The notes under the pieces are model-generated. The model worked only from the letters and a program-made list of their open reading frames with translations, was not told the origin of the DNA and did not search any database. From a virus, in the IMG/VR virus record IMGVR_UViG_3300032080_000001, positions 1 to 64,000 of that record: a stretch of 64,000 nucleotides of DNA; one strand, written 5' to 3'. This document shows positions 17,988 to 27,884 of the stretch, in pieces; position 1 is the stretch's first letter; each line of letters begins with the position of its first letter. A program made the translations under genes and the position numbers.

Positions 17988-20900
17988 ATGAACCAGCTTA
18001 ATCTCGGGATTACAATCGCCCTCCGTGACGCCTTCTCGTTCCGCGCGAAGGCCATCGAGAGTGCGTTCCGGAACCTGGATTCGCGGGCTTATGGTGCAGC
18101 CCGCAGTATCCGGGAGTCCGTAGGCAACATCGAGCTTGGCTTTGCCACCGCCTTCCGCAGCATTGCGGCGGGCGCAGCCGTGTTGTCGGTCCTGGTGTAC
18201 CCGACACGGCAGGCTCTCGCCTTCGGCAAGGCCCTGAGCGAGGTCGCGACCATCGCGGACGAGGCGAACAGCAACATCGCCAAGCTCCGGGACACCATCA
18301 TCGACCAGTCCCTCCGGTACCCCACGTCCCTCGTCAACCAGACGCAGGCGGCGTACGAGGCGGTGTCGGCGGGCTTCCTGCGCACGGTGGACGCCGCGTA
18401 CATCGCGGAGGAGGCCACCAAGACGGCGGTCACGACAATGGCCACGACCGCGACGACCCTCAAGGGCACCGTCGCGCTGATGAACTCGTACAACATGAGC
18501 GCGGACCAGGCGGGCCGCGTGTCTGACCTGCTCTTCCAGACGGTGCGCTTCGGCGTGGTCCGCATGGAGGAGTTGGCGCACAATATCGGCATGGTGTCGG
18601 CGGCGGCGGCCACGTCGGGCGAGTCCATCGAGAACTTGCTCGGCACGTACGCCGGGTTCACGCTCGGCGGCCTGTCGCCCGAGCAGAGCGCGCAGTACAG
18701 CCGCCAGCTGTACTTGTCCATCATCAAGCCGACGAAGCAGGCCGTTGGCGAGGCGGCCAAGTACGGTATCACGCTCAACAAGGAGTACTTCCTGTCGAAG
18801 GGCGGGCTGTTCGGCTCGCTGATCGACATGGCCACGCGGTCCGGCGCACTTCGCCGCGATGGCACGCTCGGGGACCCCGCCAGCTTCTTCCGGATGCTCT
18901 CGGGTCGTCAGGCGGCGGCCGGTGCGTCGGTGCTGCTCCAGAAGCGGTCCTTCATCGCCAACATCCTTGAGCAGATGAAGGTGGACGAGGTCTTCGATGA
19001 CTTCGGCGTCAAGATGACGCACCGCGAGTACGCGCTCCAGCAGCGCGCGCAGTCGCTGGACTACCAGTTGGACCAGTTGAAGTCCACGGTCGGCACGCTC
19101 GCGGCCGTGCTGGGCGAGGCGACGGCGAACGTCATCTCGCCCATCGCGCGCGCAGTGAACGCCATCCTCGGGCCCGTGACGCGCCTGGTGAACGCCTACC
19201 CAGTCATCGGCAAGGTCATCACGGGTCAGGTGTTTGCCTGGGGCGCGGCGCTCATGTGGTGGGGCGCCATCCAGATGCAGAACATCAAGCGGAGTTGGAC
19301 GTTCCTCCGCCTGCTCGCGCGCTTCCGCCGCGAGTACACCATGTTGTTCGGTCTGCGCATCCCCTTGTCGCAGCTCGGGTGGGTGCTTTCGGGCACCGTG
19401 ATGCAGTTGGTGCTGGGGGCGGTGCTCATCCACCGCGCGTGGAAGAAGAACGTGGGCGGGCTCGCGGACACCGTGCGCCACCTCGTTCTGGTCTTCCGCG
19501 CCTTGACTGAGAATTTCCGCACGCAGTACGGCGTGTGGGGCAAGATGTCGGTCGAGCTGAACAACCAGTTGAAGAGTGAGGGCATCCTCACGACGTTCAA
19601 GCTGTGGTTCGCCTGGCTCACCCGCTTCAAGTACTTCGGGAAGGGCTTCGGCACCGGCATGGGCCGCTGGTTCGATGACCTGGGGGACGGCATCACCAGC
19701 GTGGTCACGGCCCTCGGCAGACTGGTGGGGTTCGCGACCGGGCCGATAGGCACGTCCATCAAGGGGTTCTTCGCGGGCCTCAACCCGAAGACGAACACCA
19801 TCCACGAGTGGCGCGTCGCCGGGGAGCGTCTCGGTCGGCTAGTGGGCTTCCTGCTGACCATTTCGCTTCTTACGAAGACGTGGACCTCGACGCTGCTGAC
19901 GGCGCGCATCTTGGGCTACGCCCTGCTGGCGCCGTTCAAGATGCTCAAGTGGTTGTTCTGGTCCGGGCCGAAGGCGTTCCTGCGGAACATGCGGGACGCC
20001 ATCAGCGGCATCAAGCGGGCGGCGCTGAACCTGTGGGGCCTGCTCGCGCGCGTCTTCCGGCTTCTCGCGCGCCCGTTCCGTCGCACCGCGTCTCCGGACG
20101 CGCAGGGGCCCTCCACGGCACTGACGCGTCGCACGGGCGTGGTGCTGCGCGACGAAGGTAAGGAGCGGGCGTCCAGGGCAGGGAAGAGGGACTGCTGCGG
20201 CCCCATGCTGCGGCTGCTGACCCGTATCGCGAACAACACCGGCGCCATGCGCAGCATGATGGCGCGGACGGGCGGGCACGGACTCGGGGGTGGTCGCGGA
20301 GGTAGTCGCGGGGGCCGCCGGGGGCGGCGCGGGGCGGTGGAGATGGTCCACGTCGGCAACGGCGTATACGCGCCCGCAGGGGAGCGTAACCCGCACGCTG
20401 TCGGGACGCGCCCGAACATGGGGTGGTCGTACGGGCGGCGGGACTCTACGGTTTACGAGGGGCGCGCTCCGGAGGAGCCGCGTGCCGCTATCCCGGCGCG
20501 CACGGGCGGCCCCCGCCTGCTCGGCCCGGTGGCCCAGCCGGGTCCCCGCAACGTGCAACGCCCGCGCACGCTGCGGCTGTCGCACCAGGGTGGGGTGTGG
20601 GTGAACCCGCCCGAGAGTCCCACGCTTACGTCGGGTGGCAAGCGCTCGCGGAAGCGGGGCGTGTGGCTGCGTAACTTCTTCTCCAATGCGGCGTCGGCGG
20701 CACCCGAAGAGTCGTTCCAGCCGAGGGGACTACTCTCGGCTGGTGGCCCGGCTCGCCGCGTCGGGCGCTTCGCGCGCCTCGGCGGGCGGATGGGGCGCGT
20801 CGGACGCGGCCTGGGCGGCGCAGCGCGCGGCATTGGCGGCGCTGCGATGGGGGTCGGGGACATGATGACCGGCGGTGCCGTGAGCGGCATCGTCAACACC

Positions 20901-22163
20901 GTGTCGAGCGCGGCGCAGGGCGTGTCCGCCCTGGCAGGCGCCTTCGGCGGCCTGGGAGGCATCATCAAGGGCGTCGGCGCGGCCTTCAAGTTCGCGATGG
21001 GCCCGTGGGGCATCGCCATCATGGCCATCATCGCCGTCATCATCTTGCTCTGGAAGCACTGGGACAAGGTGAAGGTGGTGGTGATGCGGATGTGGGAGAA
21101 GGTGCACGGCTTCTTCAAGCGGGCGCCGGGGTGGGTGGCCATGTTGTTCGGCCCCATCGGACTCCTCATCAAGTACTGGGACAAGGTGAAGCTCGTCGCC
21201 GTCGCGGTGTGGGACGGCATCAAGAGCGGCATCGCGAAGCTCAAGGGGCCGTTCGACTGGCTGGTGGACAAGCTCAAGGCCATCGGCCGCGCCATCGGTC
21301 TCATTGGCGAGGACCCGTGGCAGGGCGTGAAGGACGGCGTCCAGCGGGGTGACATCTACGCGCAGATGCACCGCAGTGCGACGGGGCCGACTGTCCAGCA
21401 GGGCCAGGCCCTCATGGAGCGGTATCAGTCCTACCTGCGTGAGTTCGTGGGCGAGTACCAGGCTGGGGACTTCGAGCGCGACCCGGCCGCGCGGCAGGCG
21501 AAGCAGACGTACATGGCCTTCGCCCGCCGCATGGTGGACGACTACAACATCCTGCGGCGCCAGATGCACGGCGGCTTCTCGTTCGCGGTCGAGGACGAGT
21601 GGATTAACCGCGTGGTGCGCGAGGCCACCGGACGCGCCAGCCCGTTCGCGGTACAGCGGGTCGGGGAGGACGGCGGCAACAACCAGGTGGGCGACCCCGA
21701 GAGTGACGACCAGCAGGCCGAGCAGACGGACGCGCTCCAGGACATCCGGAGCAACACGTCCCGCAGTGCGGCCCTGCTCGACGCCATTCGGCGGGGCGGC
21801 GCGACGCGGCCGTGGGAGGGGCAGAAGTGGCCCGAGAACGTGCAGGACCCGTACGCCGAGTTCTCGCAGTCGCGCATCGAGGCCCTCGCAGCGGAGCGCA
21901 CGCGCGGCTCTCGCGGCGGAGGGCAGGTGGGCTCGAAGACGTTCGAGCAGAGCCTCGCGGACTGGACGGGGATGGTGCGGTCGCTCCAGCAGAAGGTGGA
22001 ACAGCTGGGCAACATCACCATCCATCCGGCGCAGGTGAAGATTGGTAGCCGGGTCGTCGCGGACATCGCGCTGGAGGCGAACCAGCGGTCGTCCCGCGAA
22101 GCGGTGGAGCGTGGGCCGAATGTCACGGCCCCGCAGCCTGGCGTGTACCCCGTGAACCGGTAA
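17988..22163 (+). CDS. tape measure protein
   Basis: 1391 aa; TP901-type core (AYEAVSAG...VSDLLFQTVRFG) and Trp-periodic repeats (WDKVK). Confidence 0.92.
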   Translation: MNQLNLGITIALRDAFSFRAKAIESAFRNLDSRAYGAARSIRESVGNIELGFATAFRSIAAGAAVLSVLVYPTRQALAFGKALSEVATIADEANSNIAKLRDTIIDQSLRYPTSLVNQTQAAYEAVSAGFLRTVDAAYIAEEATKTAVTTMATTATTLKGTVALMNSYNMSADQAGRVSDLLFQTVRFGVVRMEELAHNIGMVSAAAATSGESIENLLGTYAGFTLGGLSPEQSAQYSRQLYLSIIKPTKQAVGEAAKYGITLNKEYFLSKGGLFGSLIDMATRSGALRRDGTLGDPASFFRMLSGRQAAAGASVLLQKRSFIANILEQMKVDEVFDDFGVKMTHREYALQQRAQSLDYQLDQLKSTVGTLAAVLGEATANVISPIARAVNAILGPVTRLVNAYPVIGKVITGQVFAWGAALMWWGAIQMQNIKRSWTFLRLLARFRREYTMLFGLRIPLSQLGWVLSGTVMQLVLGAVLIHRAWKKNVGGLADTVRHLVLVFRALTENFRTQYGVWGKMSVELNNQLKSEGILTTFKLWFAWLTRFKYFGKGFGTGMGRWFDDLGDGITSVVTALGRLVGFATGPIGTSIKGFFAGLNPKTNTIHEWRVAGERLGRLVGFLLTISLLTKTWTSTLLTARILGYALLAPFKMLKWLFWSGPKAFLRNMRDAISGIKRAALNLWGLLARVFRLLARPFRRTASPDAQGPSTALTRRTGVVLRDEGKERASRAGKRDCCGPMLRLLTRIANNTGAMRSMMARTGGHGLGGGRGGSRGGRRGRRGAVEMVHVGNGVYAPAGERNPHAVGTRPNMGWSYGRRDSTVYEGRAPEEPRAAIPARTGGPRLLGPVAQPGPRNVQRPRTLRLSHQGGVWVNPPESPTLTSGGKRSRKRGVWLRNFFSNAASAAPEESFQPRGLLSAGGPARRVGRFARLGGRMGRVGRGLGGAARGIGGAAMGVGDMMTGGAVSGIVNTVSSAAQGVSALAGAFGGLGGIIKGVGAAFKFAMGPWGIAIMAIIAVIILLWKHWDKVKVVVMRMWEKVHGFFKRAPGWVAMLFGPIGLLIKYWDKVKLVAVAVWDGIKSGIAKLKGPFDWLVDKLKAIGRAIGLIGEDPWQGVKDGVQRGDIYAQMHRSATGPTVQQGQALMERYQSYLREFVGEYQAGDFERDPAARQAKQTYMAFARRMVDDYNILRRQMHGGFSFAVEDEWINRVVREATGRASPFAVQRVGEDGGNNQVGDPESDDQQAEQTDALQDIRSNTSRSAALLDAIRRGGATRPWEGQKWPENVQDPYAEFSQSRIEALAAERTRGSRGGGQVGSKTFEQSLADWTGMVRSLQQKVEQLGNITIHPAQVKIGSRVVADIALEANQRSSREAVERGPNVTAPQPGVYPVNR

Positions 22164-22167
22164 GAAT

Positions 22168-22905
22168 ATGAAGCTCTCTCTCCCGTCGCCCTCCGGGGCG
22201 CTGTCTTCGGTCGGGAAGCTCGGGAACAGCAGTGCCGCGATGGTCCTGGGTGCCGCCAACAGCCTTGCAGGCGGTGCCCTGGTCAGCGCGGTCGCCAACA
22301 GCCCCATCGGCAAGGGGCTGCTGGCGGCCGGGTGGAAGTACGCGGCGACCGGCGGACAGACCGTGCAGGGGGTGCTCGCCTGGTTCATGCCGGACGGGTC
22401 CCCGAAGTACTTCAAGTTCCCGATGAACCCCTCGGACATTCAGGAGTCGCTGAGTCCTGAGTGGGCGGACATCAAGGTACCGGGGCAGAACCGCCCCGTG
22501 TACCAGTTCATCAACGGCGGGGAGCGTGAACTCACCTTCACGCTCCACTTCTTCTACGACAACCCGGACCGCCGGACCATCACGCGGCAGCTGGACGAGC
22601 TGCGGTCACTCACCCAGCGCCCGTACGTGTACAGCACGGGTGCCGCAAGTGGGCCGCCCCCTGTATATTTGTACTTCGGGCAGTACATCCAGGGGCAGCG
22701 GTTCATCGTGTCGAAGCTGAACATCAAGGTCTTCGACCTCTTCGACCCGGCCTTCCTCCTCCCGCTGCGGGCGGAAGTGGAGGTGAGCCTCAAGGAAGCG
22801 CTGGACCCGGCACTCACGACCGAGAACGACCCCCGGAAGCGCTTGAATGTGCGCTCCGTGAATGCGGTGAACGCCATCGTGGGGGCCATCGGCAATCCGT
22901 TCTAA
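22168..22905 (+). CDS. tail tube initiator / baseplate tube-like protein
   Basis: FPMNPSDIQE...VPG...YQF..GGERELTF...PPP...FG...PLRAEV. Confidence 0.7.
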   Translation: MKLSLPSPSGALSSVGKLGNSSAAMVLGAANSLAGGALVSAVANSPIGKGLLAAGWKYAATGGQTVQGVLAWFMPDGSPKYFKFPMNPSDIQESLSPEWADIKVPGQNRPVYQFINGGERELTFTLHFFYDNPDRRTITRQLDELRSLTQRPYVYSTGAASGPPPVYLYFGQYIQGQRFIVSKLNIKVFDLFDPAFLLPLRAEVEVSLKEALDPALTTENDPRKRLNVRSVNAVNAIVGAIGNPF

Positions 22906-22920
22906 CCCGTGGGCTACGAC

Positions 22921-23217
22921 ATGGCGTTTTCTTCGACATCCCGCTACCGGTACAGTACCCTCATTCAGACCGGGGCCGACGTGTTCTACGGGCCTCGCGG
23001 GCGCTTCTCGACGGCGCCGTCCGTGGACGACGCGTACTACACCGTGCGCGCCGAGGACGACCTGACCCGCGTGGCGGCCCGGATGCTGGGTGATGCCCGC
23101 TATTGGTGGGTGGTGGCAGACTTCAACGACATCGTGGACCCCTTCACCTCGCTGGTGGAGGGGGCGGAGCTTCGCGTGCCGTCCAGGCGGCGGCTGTTCA
23201 TGGAGGTGTTGCGCTAA
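22921..23217 (+). CDS. LysM / gpX-like baseplate protein
   Basis: YTVRAEDDLTRVAARMLGDARYWWVVADFN..DP...G..LRVP. Confidence 0.8.
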   Translation: MAFSSTSRYRYSTLIQTGADVFYGPRGRFSTAPSVDDAYYTVRAEDDLTRVAARMLGDARYWWVVADFNDIVDPFTSLVEGAELRVPSRRRLFMEVLR

Positions 23218-24863
23218 TGTCCGACCCGACAGGCGGCGCTAGTCTCGGGGGCGTCAATCGCGCTACGAATACGGCGAACACAACGCAGATGCTGGCGGGT
23301 ATCAGCGTCACCGCCAACCAGGGCGGGGACGCACTCGCGCTCGCGGAGAGTCCCGGCTACCCGGTGTTCTACGTGGACGTGAAGCGACGCGGCAAGGAGG
23401 GGAAGATGAGCTTCGCCATCCTCCCCACGTCGTTCGAGTACGTGTCGTCCATCCACAACTCGGACAAGCTGGAGTTCACGGTCCCCGACCCGTCGTATTT
23501 CCTCATCGACAGCGAGTGGCTCCAGGAGGACTTGAAGACGACGGTGGAGTTCTCGTTCGGGTTCGAGCACGTGGGCCACATGAGTCCCGTGCAGTCGCTC
23601 GTCTTCTTCCGGCAGGGCCCGAGCTTCGAGCAGGGGTCGGAGGTGCAGACGACCATTGTGGCGTACGACAAGGGCGTGTTCCTGGCGCTGCCCACCGTCC
23701 CCCGCACCATTACGAAGAAGGGGACGCGCGGCGGGCAGGACGTGCTCTTGACGTACAATGAGGTGGTGGAGAACGTCGTGAATGAGGTCAACACCTTGTT
23801 CAAGGACCACCTCGACCATCCGCTCCGCGTGGACACCGGCGGGCACGAGTTCCGAGGGCGGTTCTTCCGCATGGCGCAGCACGCGGGCTCCGCGCTGGAG
23901 TACCTCATCTGGCTGCGGAAGTTCGCGGAGGAGCAGACCGGGACGGAGCGGCAGACCATCGAGGTGTTCGTCAAGGGTAACACTGTGTACTTCCGCCCCG
24001 CACAGAAGCGGGTGAACCCCATCGCCGTGTACGACTACTTCTCGGTCATCGACGGCGAGCGGCTGCTGTCGTTCAAGCCGGAGGTGAATCTCGTTCTTAC
24101 GCGGAAGACCCTCCCGGACGTGGATAGCGTCACCGGCCAGGCGACCGAGACCACGGTGAGCAACCGGCAGAACGCGCCCGACCGCCCGCGCCAGACGGGG
24201 TTCGTAAGCACCAGCGGCGCGAACATGACGCAGGTGGTCACGCCCGCGCGCACGGGCGACCAGCCGCGCGCGACGGCGCAAGCCGACGACGTGGTCTACA
24301 CGCACACCTACAAGGCGGGCGAGACACTAGCCAGCATCGGTGCGCAGTACGGGGTCACGGCCGACGAGGTGTTCGCGCAGAACGCCGACGCCCTCGGCGG
24401 TGACAAGGCGGCACCGAAGTTTACGCCCGGCATGACGCTGAACATCCGCACCGAAAATCCGGCGCGGAGCCAGGCGAGCGCCAACGTGACGCCGGAGAAC
24501 CGCATCCGGGCCGCGCTCTCGTACGTCTACGAAGAGGACGAGGTCGTGAAGGCCACGGCCACCGTCATCGGGGACCCGCGCCTCGAAGCGGGCTGGCCCA
24601 TCGTCGTGCGGAACGTCGGCAAGAAGTGGGAAGGGCTGTGGTACATCGAAGAGGTGAAGCACAAGTTCGAGACCGGCGGCTACATCTGCGAGATGAGCCT
24701 GACACGAGACGGGTTCGCCATCGCGGAAGAGATGGAGGAGAGCACCGGCGAGAAGATTCTGGAGACGGACGCGCAGGACGCGCAGACGCAGCGCCAGACA
24801 CAGTCGCGCGAGGTCATCAACACGAGCGGCGCCGACATGACGCAGACCCGGACGAGGAACTGA
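23217..24863 (+). CDS. baseplate hub (gpD-like) with an inserted LysM domain
   Basis: C-terminal ATVIGDPRLEAG...GLWYIEEVKHKF; LysM HTYKAGETLASIGAQYGVT. Confidence 0.78.
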   Translation: MSDPTGGASLGGVNRATNTANTTQMLAGISVTANQGGDALALAESPGYPVFYVDVKRRGKEGKMSFAILPTSFEYVSSIHNSDKLEFTVPDPSYFLIDSEWLQEDLKTTVEFSFGFEHVGHMSPVQSLVFFRQGPSFEQGSEVQTTIVAYDKGVFLALPTVPRTITKKGTRGGQDVLLTYNEVVENVVNEVNTLFKDHLDHPLRVDTGGHEFRGRFFRMAQHAGSALEYLIWLRKFAEEQTGTERQTIEVFVKGNTVYFRPAQKRVNPIAVYDYFSVIDGERLLSFKPEVNLVLTRKTLPDVDSVTGQATETTVSNRQNAPDRPRQTGFVSTSGANMTQVVTPARTGDQPRATAQADDVVYTHTYKAGETLASIGAQYGVTADEVFAQNADALGGDKAAPKFTPGMTLNIRTENPARSQASANVTPENRIRAALSYVYEEDEVVKATATVIGDPRLEAGWPIVVRNVGKKWEGLWYIEEVKHKFETGGYICEMSLTRDGFAIAEEMEESTGEKILETDAQDAQTQRQTQSREVINTSGADMTQTRTRN

Positions 24864-24864
24864 T

Positions 24865-25968
24865 ATGCAGCGGCTCTACGGTAAGTACCGAGGCATTTGC
24901 CGCGACAACAACGACCCCCGCAAGGTCGGGCGCATCCGGGCCGAGGTACCGTTCCCCCTCGGCACCGGCCCCGACGCGTGGTCCGTGTGGGCGTGGCCGT
25001 CACTCCCGCCCGGCGTGTTCGACGTGCCGAACGAGGGAGACGGCGTCTGGATTGAGTTTGAGGCCGGGGACATCAACTCCCCCATCTGGAGCGGCATCTG
25101 GTACAAGGGCGACGGAGAGACTTCGGACGCGCCGTGGCAGGTTGACCACCCGCCGCTCACGGACATGGCAGGCGTCGAAGTCGATTGGGACAAGCGCGAC
25201 CACACCGAGGCCGCGAACCCGTTGGACGACTTCGAGCACAAGGAGTACCACGACCACACGAGCCTCTTCTACTCGCCGCACCGGCGCGGCACGTACACGG
25301 CTACGGGGCATTCCTTGGAGTTCAACGACCACCCCGGCCTCGAAGGCGTGGTGCGCCTGTCGGAGCGGTTCGGGCGCCTGGTGGAGATGACCGCGCGGGG
25401 TGTGCTGCGGCTGCGGAGCCACCTCTACCCCGCCTCGACGCAGGAGTGGCAAGACCTGAACGGGGCTTTCGTGGACGCGTCCCACTCCATCACGCTCCAG
25501 GATAAGGGGAAGGACAACGCGGCTCAGTTCGTAGAGATTCGCGACATGGCGGGCGCGCAGGTGAAGTTGAACTCGACGCCCGGAGAGGAGAGCATCCTCG
25601 TCCAGGACTTTTGGGGGCAGCGGCTGCTCGTCTCCTCGAAGAGCGGCGCACAGTTCATCGAGCTTCGCGACAAGGCTGACCAGAAGGTGGTGCTGGACCC
25701 GGTGGACGGCTCCGTTCGCGTGTCCGACTCCCACGGCAACTTCATCCTCTTGGCGGACGGCAAAGTCGTCATCAGCGTGCCAACCGGGAAGACGGTCCAC
25801 GTCGGCGGCGAGGGCGGGCAGGAACTCGCGACGAAGGCGTTCGTGCAGCAGCAGTACAACACGCACACGCACCTCTCCGGCGCACCGGGCTCGCCCACGT
25901 CGCCGCCGATGGTGCAGTCCCCGCTGGTGCCGGGGAACGACATCACCAAAAAGCAAAAGTCGGAGTAG
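24865..25968 (+). CDS. baseplate central spike (gp5/gpV-like)
   Basis: YRG....NDP...GRIRAEVP...PNEGDGVWIEFEAGD OB-fold; C-terminal HTH (His-x-His) metal-binding tip. Confidence 0.85.
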   Translation: MQRLYGKYRGICRDNNDPRKVGRIRAEVPFPLGTGPDAWSVWAWPSLPPGVFDVPNEGDGVWIEFEAGDINSPIWSGIWYKGDGETSDAPWQVDHPPLTDMAGVEVDWDKRDHTEAANPLDDFEHKEYHDHTSLFYSPHRRGTYTATGHSLEFNDHPGLEGVVRLSERFGRLVEMTARGVLRLRSHLYPASTQEWQDLNGAFVDASHSITLQDKGKDNAAQFVEIRDMAGAQVKLNSTPGEESILVQDFWGQRLLVSSKSGAQFIELRDKADQKVVLDPVDGSVRVSDSHGNFILLADGKVVISVPTGKTVHVGGEGGQELATKAFVQQQYNTHTHLSGAPGSPTSPPMVQSPLVPGNDITKKQKSE

Positions 25969-25972
25969 CGAC

Positions 25973-26230
25973 ATGGCTTTGACGAAGGCAGGACTCAAGG
26001 CGGCCATCATCGCGGCTCTGGATGCTGTGTCCCCCACGGGGACAACGGACCAGGGTGTGAGCGGGGCCGCCATCCGGGCGCAGTACGCGGACGCCGAGGC
26101 GGACGCCATCCTCAACTACTTCATGCAAAACGCGGAGGTAGTGAGTCTCTCGCCCCTCCCCGTGACGCACCCGATGGGTCCGGGCACGGTGAATCCGTTC
26201 ACGCTCCCGGCGGGCACCACGCTCAAGTGA
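25973..26230 (+). CDS. small baseplate-region protein
   Basis: follows the spike gene; GGAG Shine-Dalgarno. Confidence 0.55.
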   Translation: MALTKAGLKAAIIAALDAVSPTGTTDQGVSGAAIRAQYADAEADAILNYFMQNAEVVSLSPLPVTHPMGPGTVNPFTLPAGTTLK

Positions 26231-26245
26231 GAGAAAGGACGATGA

Positions 26246-27400
26246 ATGAGCGCCACGACTCTTCGGGACGCCATCAAGTCGCAGTTGGACACGGCGCTCG
26301 GGACGCTCACCGGGACTCCGGACACCGCCCGATTGAGCATTGCAAACGCCTTCGCGCAGGCCGTCTACGCTGACGCCAGCCTGGTCAACGGCACGGCTAC
26401 CGGCGCGACGGCCGCCGCGCTGGGTCTGGTGAAGATTTCCGGCACCCCCACGGACGCGTCCAACCCGGTCGTCTACGTGAAGGAGCAGGCGGACACCCTG
26501 CTCTCCGGTAAGGCGTCCCTCGCTGCGAACACGTTCACCGGCTTCCAGACGGTGAAGGTCGGCGCGCAGAGTCTCGTGTTGCAGGAGCCCGACACGACGA
26601 CCACCCACACTTATATCGCCTGGAAGGACAGCACGGGCACCCGCCGGGGCTACATCGGCATCCCGTCGAACGGCTCTCCCACGATGGAGTGGGGCAACGA
26701 GAACCTGAACGGCAGCATCAACCTCAAGACCAACGGCACCGGCCAGGTGCAGGTCAACGGGTTCAACGTTCGGAGTGCCTCCTCGCTGAACACCGGGACC
26801 CTCTCGGACACCCTGCTGTCGTCGAACGTCGTTCTTAAGAACGCGACCAACACATTCGCGGCCTACCAGGAGTTCGTGTGGGGCACGGCCGTGGACTGGC
26901 TGCTCGCCGGGCGAATCCCGACCGATACCTCTACCTTCCGCCGGGTGGTCCTGCGGATGGACGGCCAGATGGAGTGGGGGAACGGGGCAGGGGTGCGCGA
27001 CGTGACGCTGCGTCGCTCGGGCGTCGGGAAGCTGGAGGTGAGCGGCGACCTCCGCATCGTCGGAACCCTCACGGCGGGACAAATCGCGGGCACGCGGCAG
27101 ACCATCGCGCAGAGCACGGCCACCTGTGCCATCGACTGGACCGTCGGGATGGCCGCCGCCGTGACGCTGTCCACCGGCGTGACCGCCGTCACCCTGACCA
27201 ACCCCGTGGCGGGGGCGACCTACACCCTGGAGGTCATCCAGGACGCGACGGGCGGGCGGGGCTTCACCGGCTGGCCTGCCTCCGTCCTGTGGGCGGGCGG
27301 CGCGGCCTACACCCCCACCCTGACGCCCAACAAGCGAGACCTCGTCACGCTCTACTGGAACGGCACGAACTACCTCGGGGCGTTCTACAAGGACTACTGA
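26246..27400 (+). CDS. putative tail fibre / spike protein
   Basis: Thr/Gly-rich beta sequence; C-terminal QDATGGR..TGWP...WAGG domain typical of fibre tips. Confidence 0.65.
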   Translation: MSATTLRDAIKSQLDTALGTLTGTPDTARLSIANAFAQAVYADASLVNGTATGATAAALGLVKISGTPTDASNPVVYVKEQADTLLSGKASLAANTFTGFQTVKVGAQSLVLQEPDTTTTHTYIAWKDSTGTRRGYIGIPSNGSPTMEWGNENLNGSINLKTNGTGQVQVNGFNVRSASSLNTGTLSDTLLSSNVVLKNATNTFAAYQEFVWGTAVDWLLAGRIPTDTSTFRRVVLRMDGQMEWGNGAGVRDVTLRRSGVGKLEVSGDLRIVGTLTAGQIAGTRQTIAQSTATCAIDWTVGMAAAVTLSTGVTAVTLTNPVAGATYTLEVIQDATGGRGFTGWPASVLWAGGAAYTPTLTPNKRDLVTLYWNGTNYLGAFYKDY

Positions 27401-27473
27401 CCCCGGTTGACCGGTGGCCCCAAGACCGCTATTCTTGAGGCTACCGGTACACTACCATTACCTTGGACGCAGC

Positions 27474-27878
27474 ATGGCCTTCGACCGCACTTCTCTTTAC
27501 GGCGCGGGGTTCAACTACCCGTTTGCCTTCGACAGCAACACCGGCGGCGCGCAGGTGGTGACGGCGGTGGACAGCGTCCGCGCCAGCCTGCTGCGCCTCT
27601 TCGACACGGCACCGGGCGAGGAGTTTATGAACCCGGCATACGGGTGTGCTCTCAAGAGCCTCCTGTTCGAGCCGGACACGGACATCCTCCGGGCGCTGGC
27701 CGAGCAGGTGGTGCGTCAGGCGGTCGCCCGGTGGGAGCCGCGCATCGCGGAGGTGCTCCGCGTGGACGTAGAGACGGACCCGAGCAACGAGCACGCGATG
27801 ACTCTCCGCGTGTACTTCCGGCTCATCGAGAGCCAGACCATCGACAACATGGTCTACCCTTTCGTACGAACGGCGTAA
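27474..27878 (+). CDS. baseplate wedge protein (gp25/gpW-like)
   Basis: TAPGE.FMNPAYGC...LFEP...WEPRI. Confidence 0.9.
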   Translation: MAFDRTSLYGAGFNYPFAFDSNTGGAQVVTAVDSVRASLLRLFDTAPGEEFMNPAYGCALKSLLFEPDTDILRALAEQVVRQAVARWEPRIAEVLRVDVETDPSNEHAMTLRVYFRLIESQTIDNMVYPFVRTA

Positions 27879-27884
27879 GAACCG

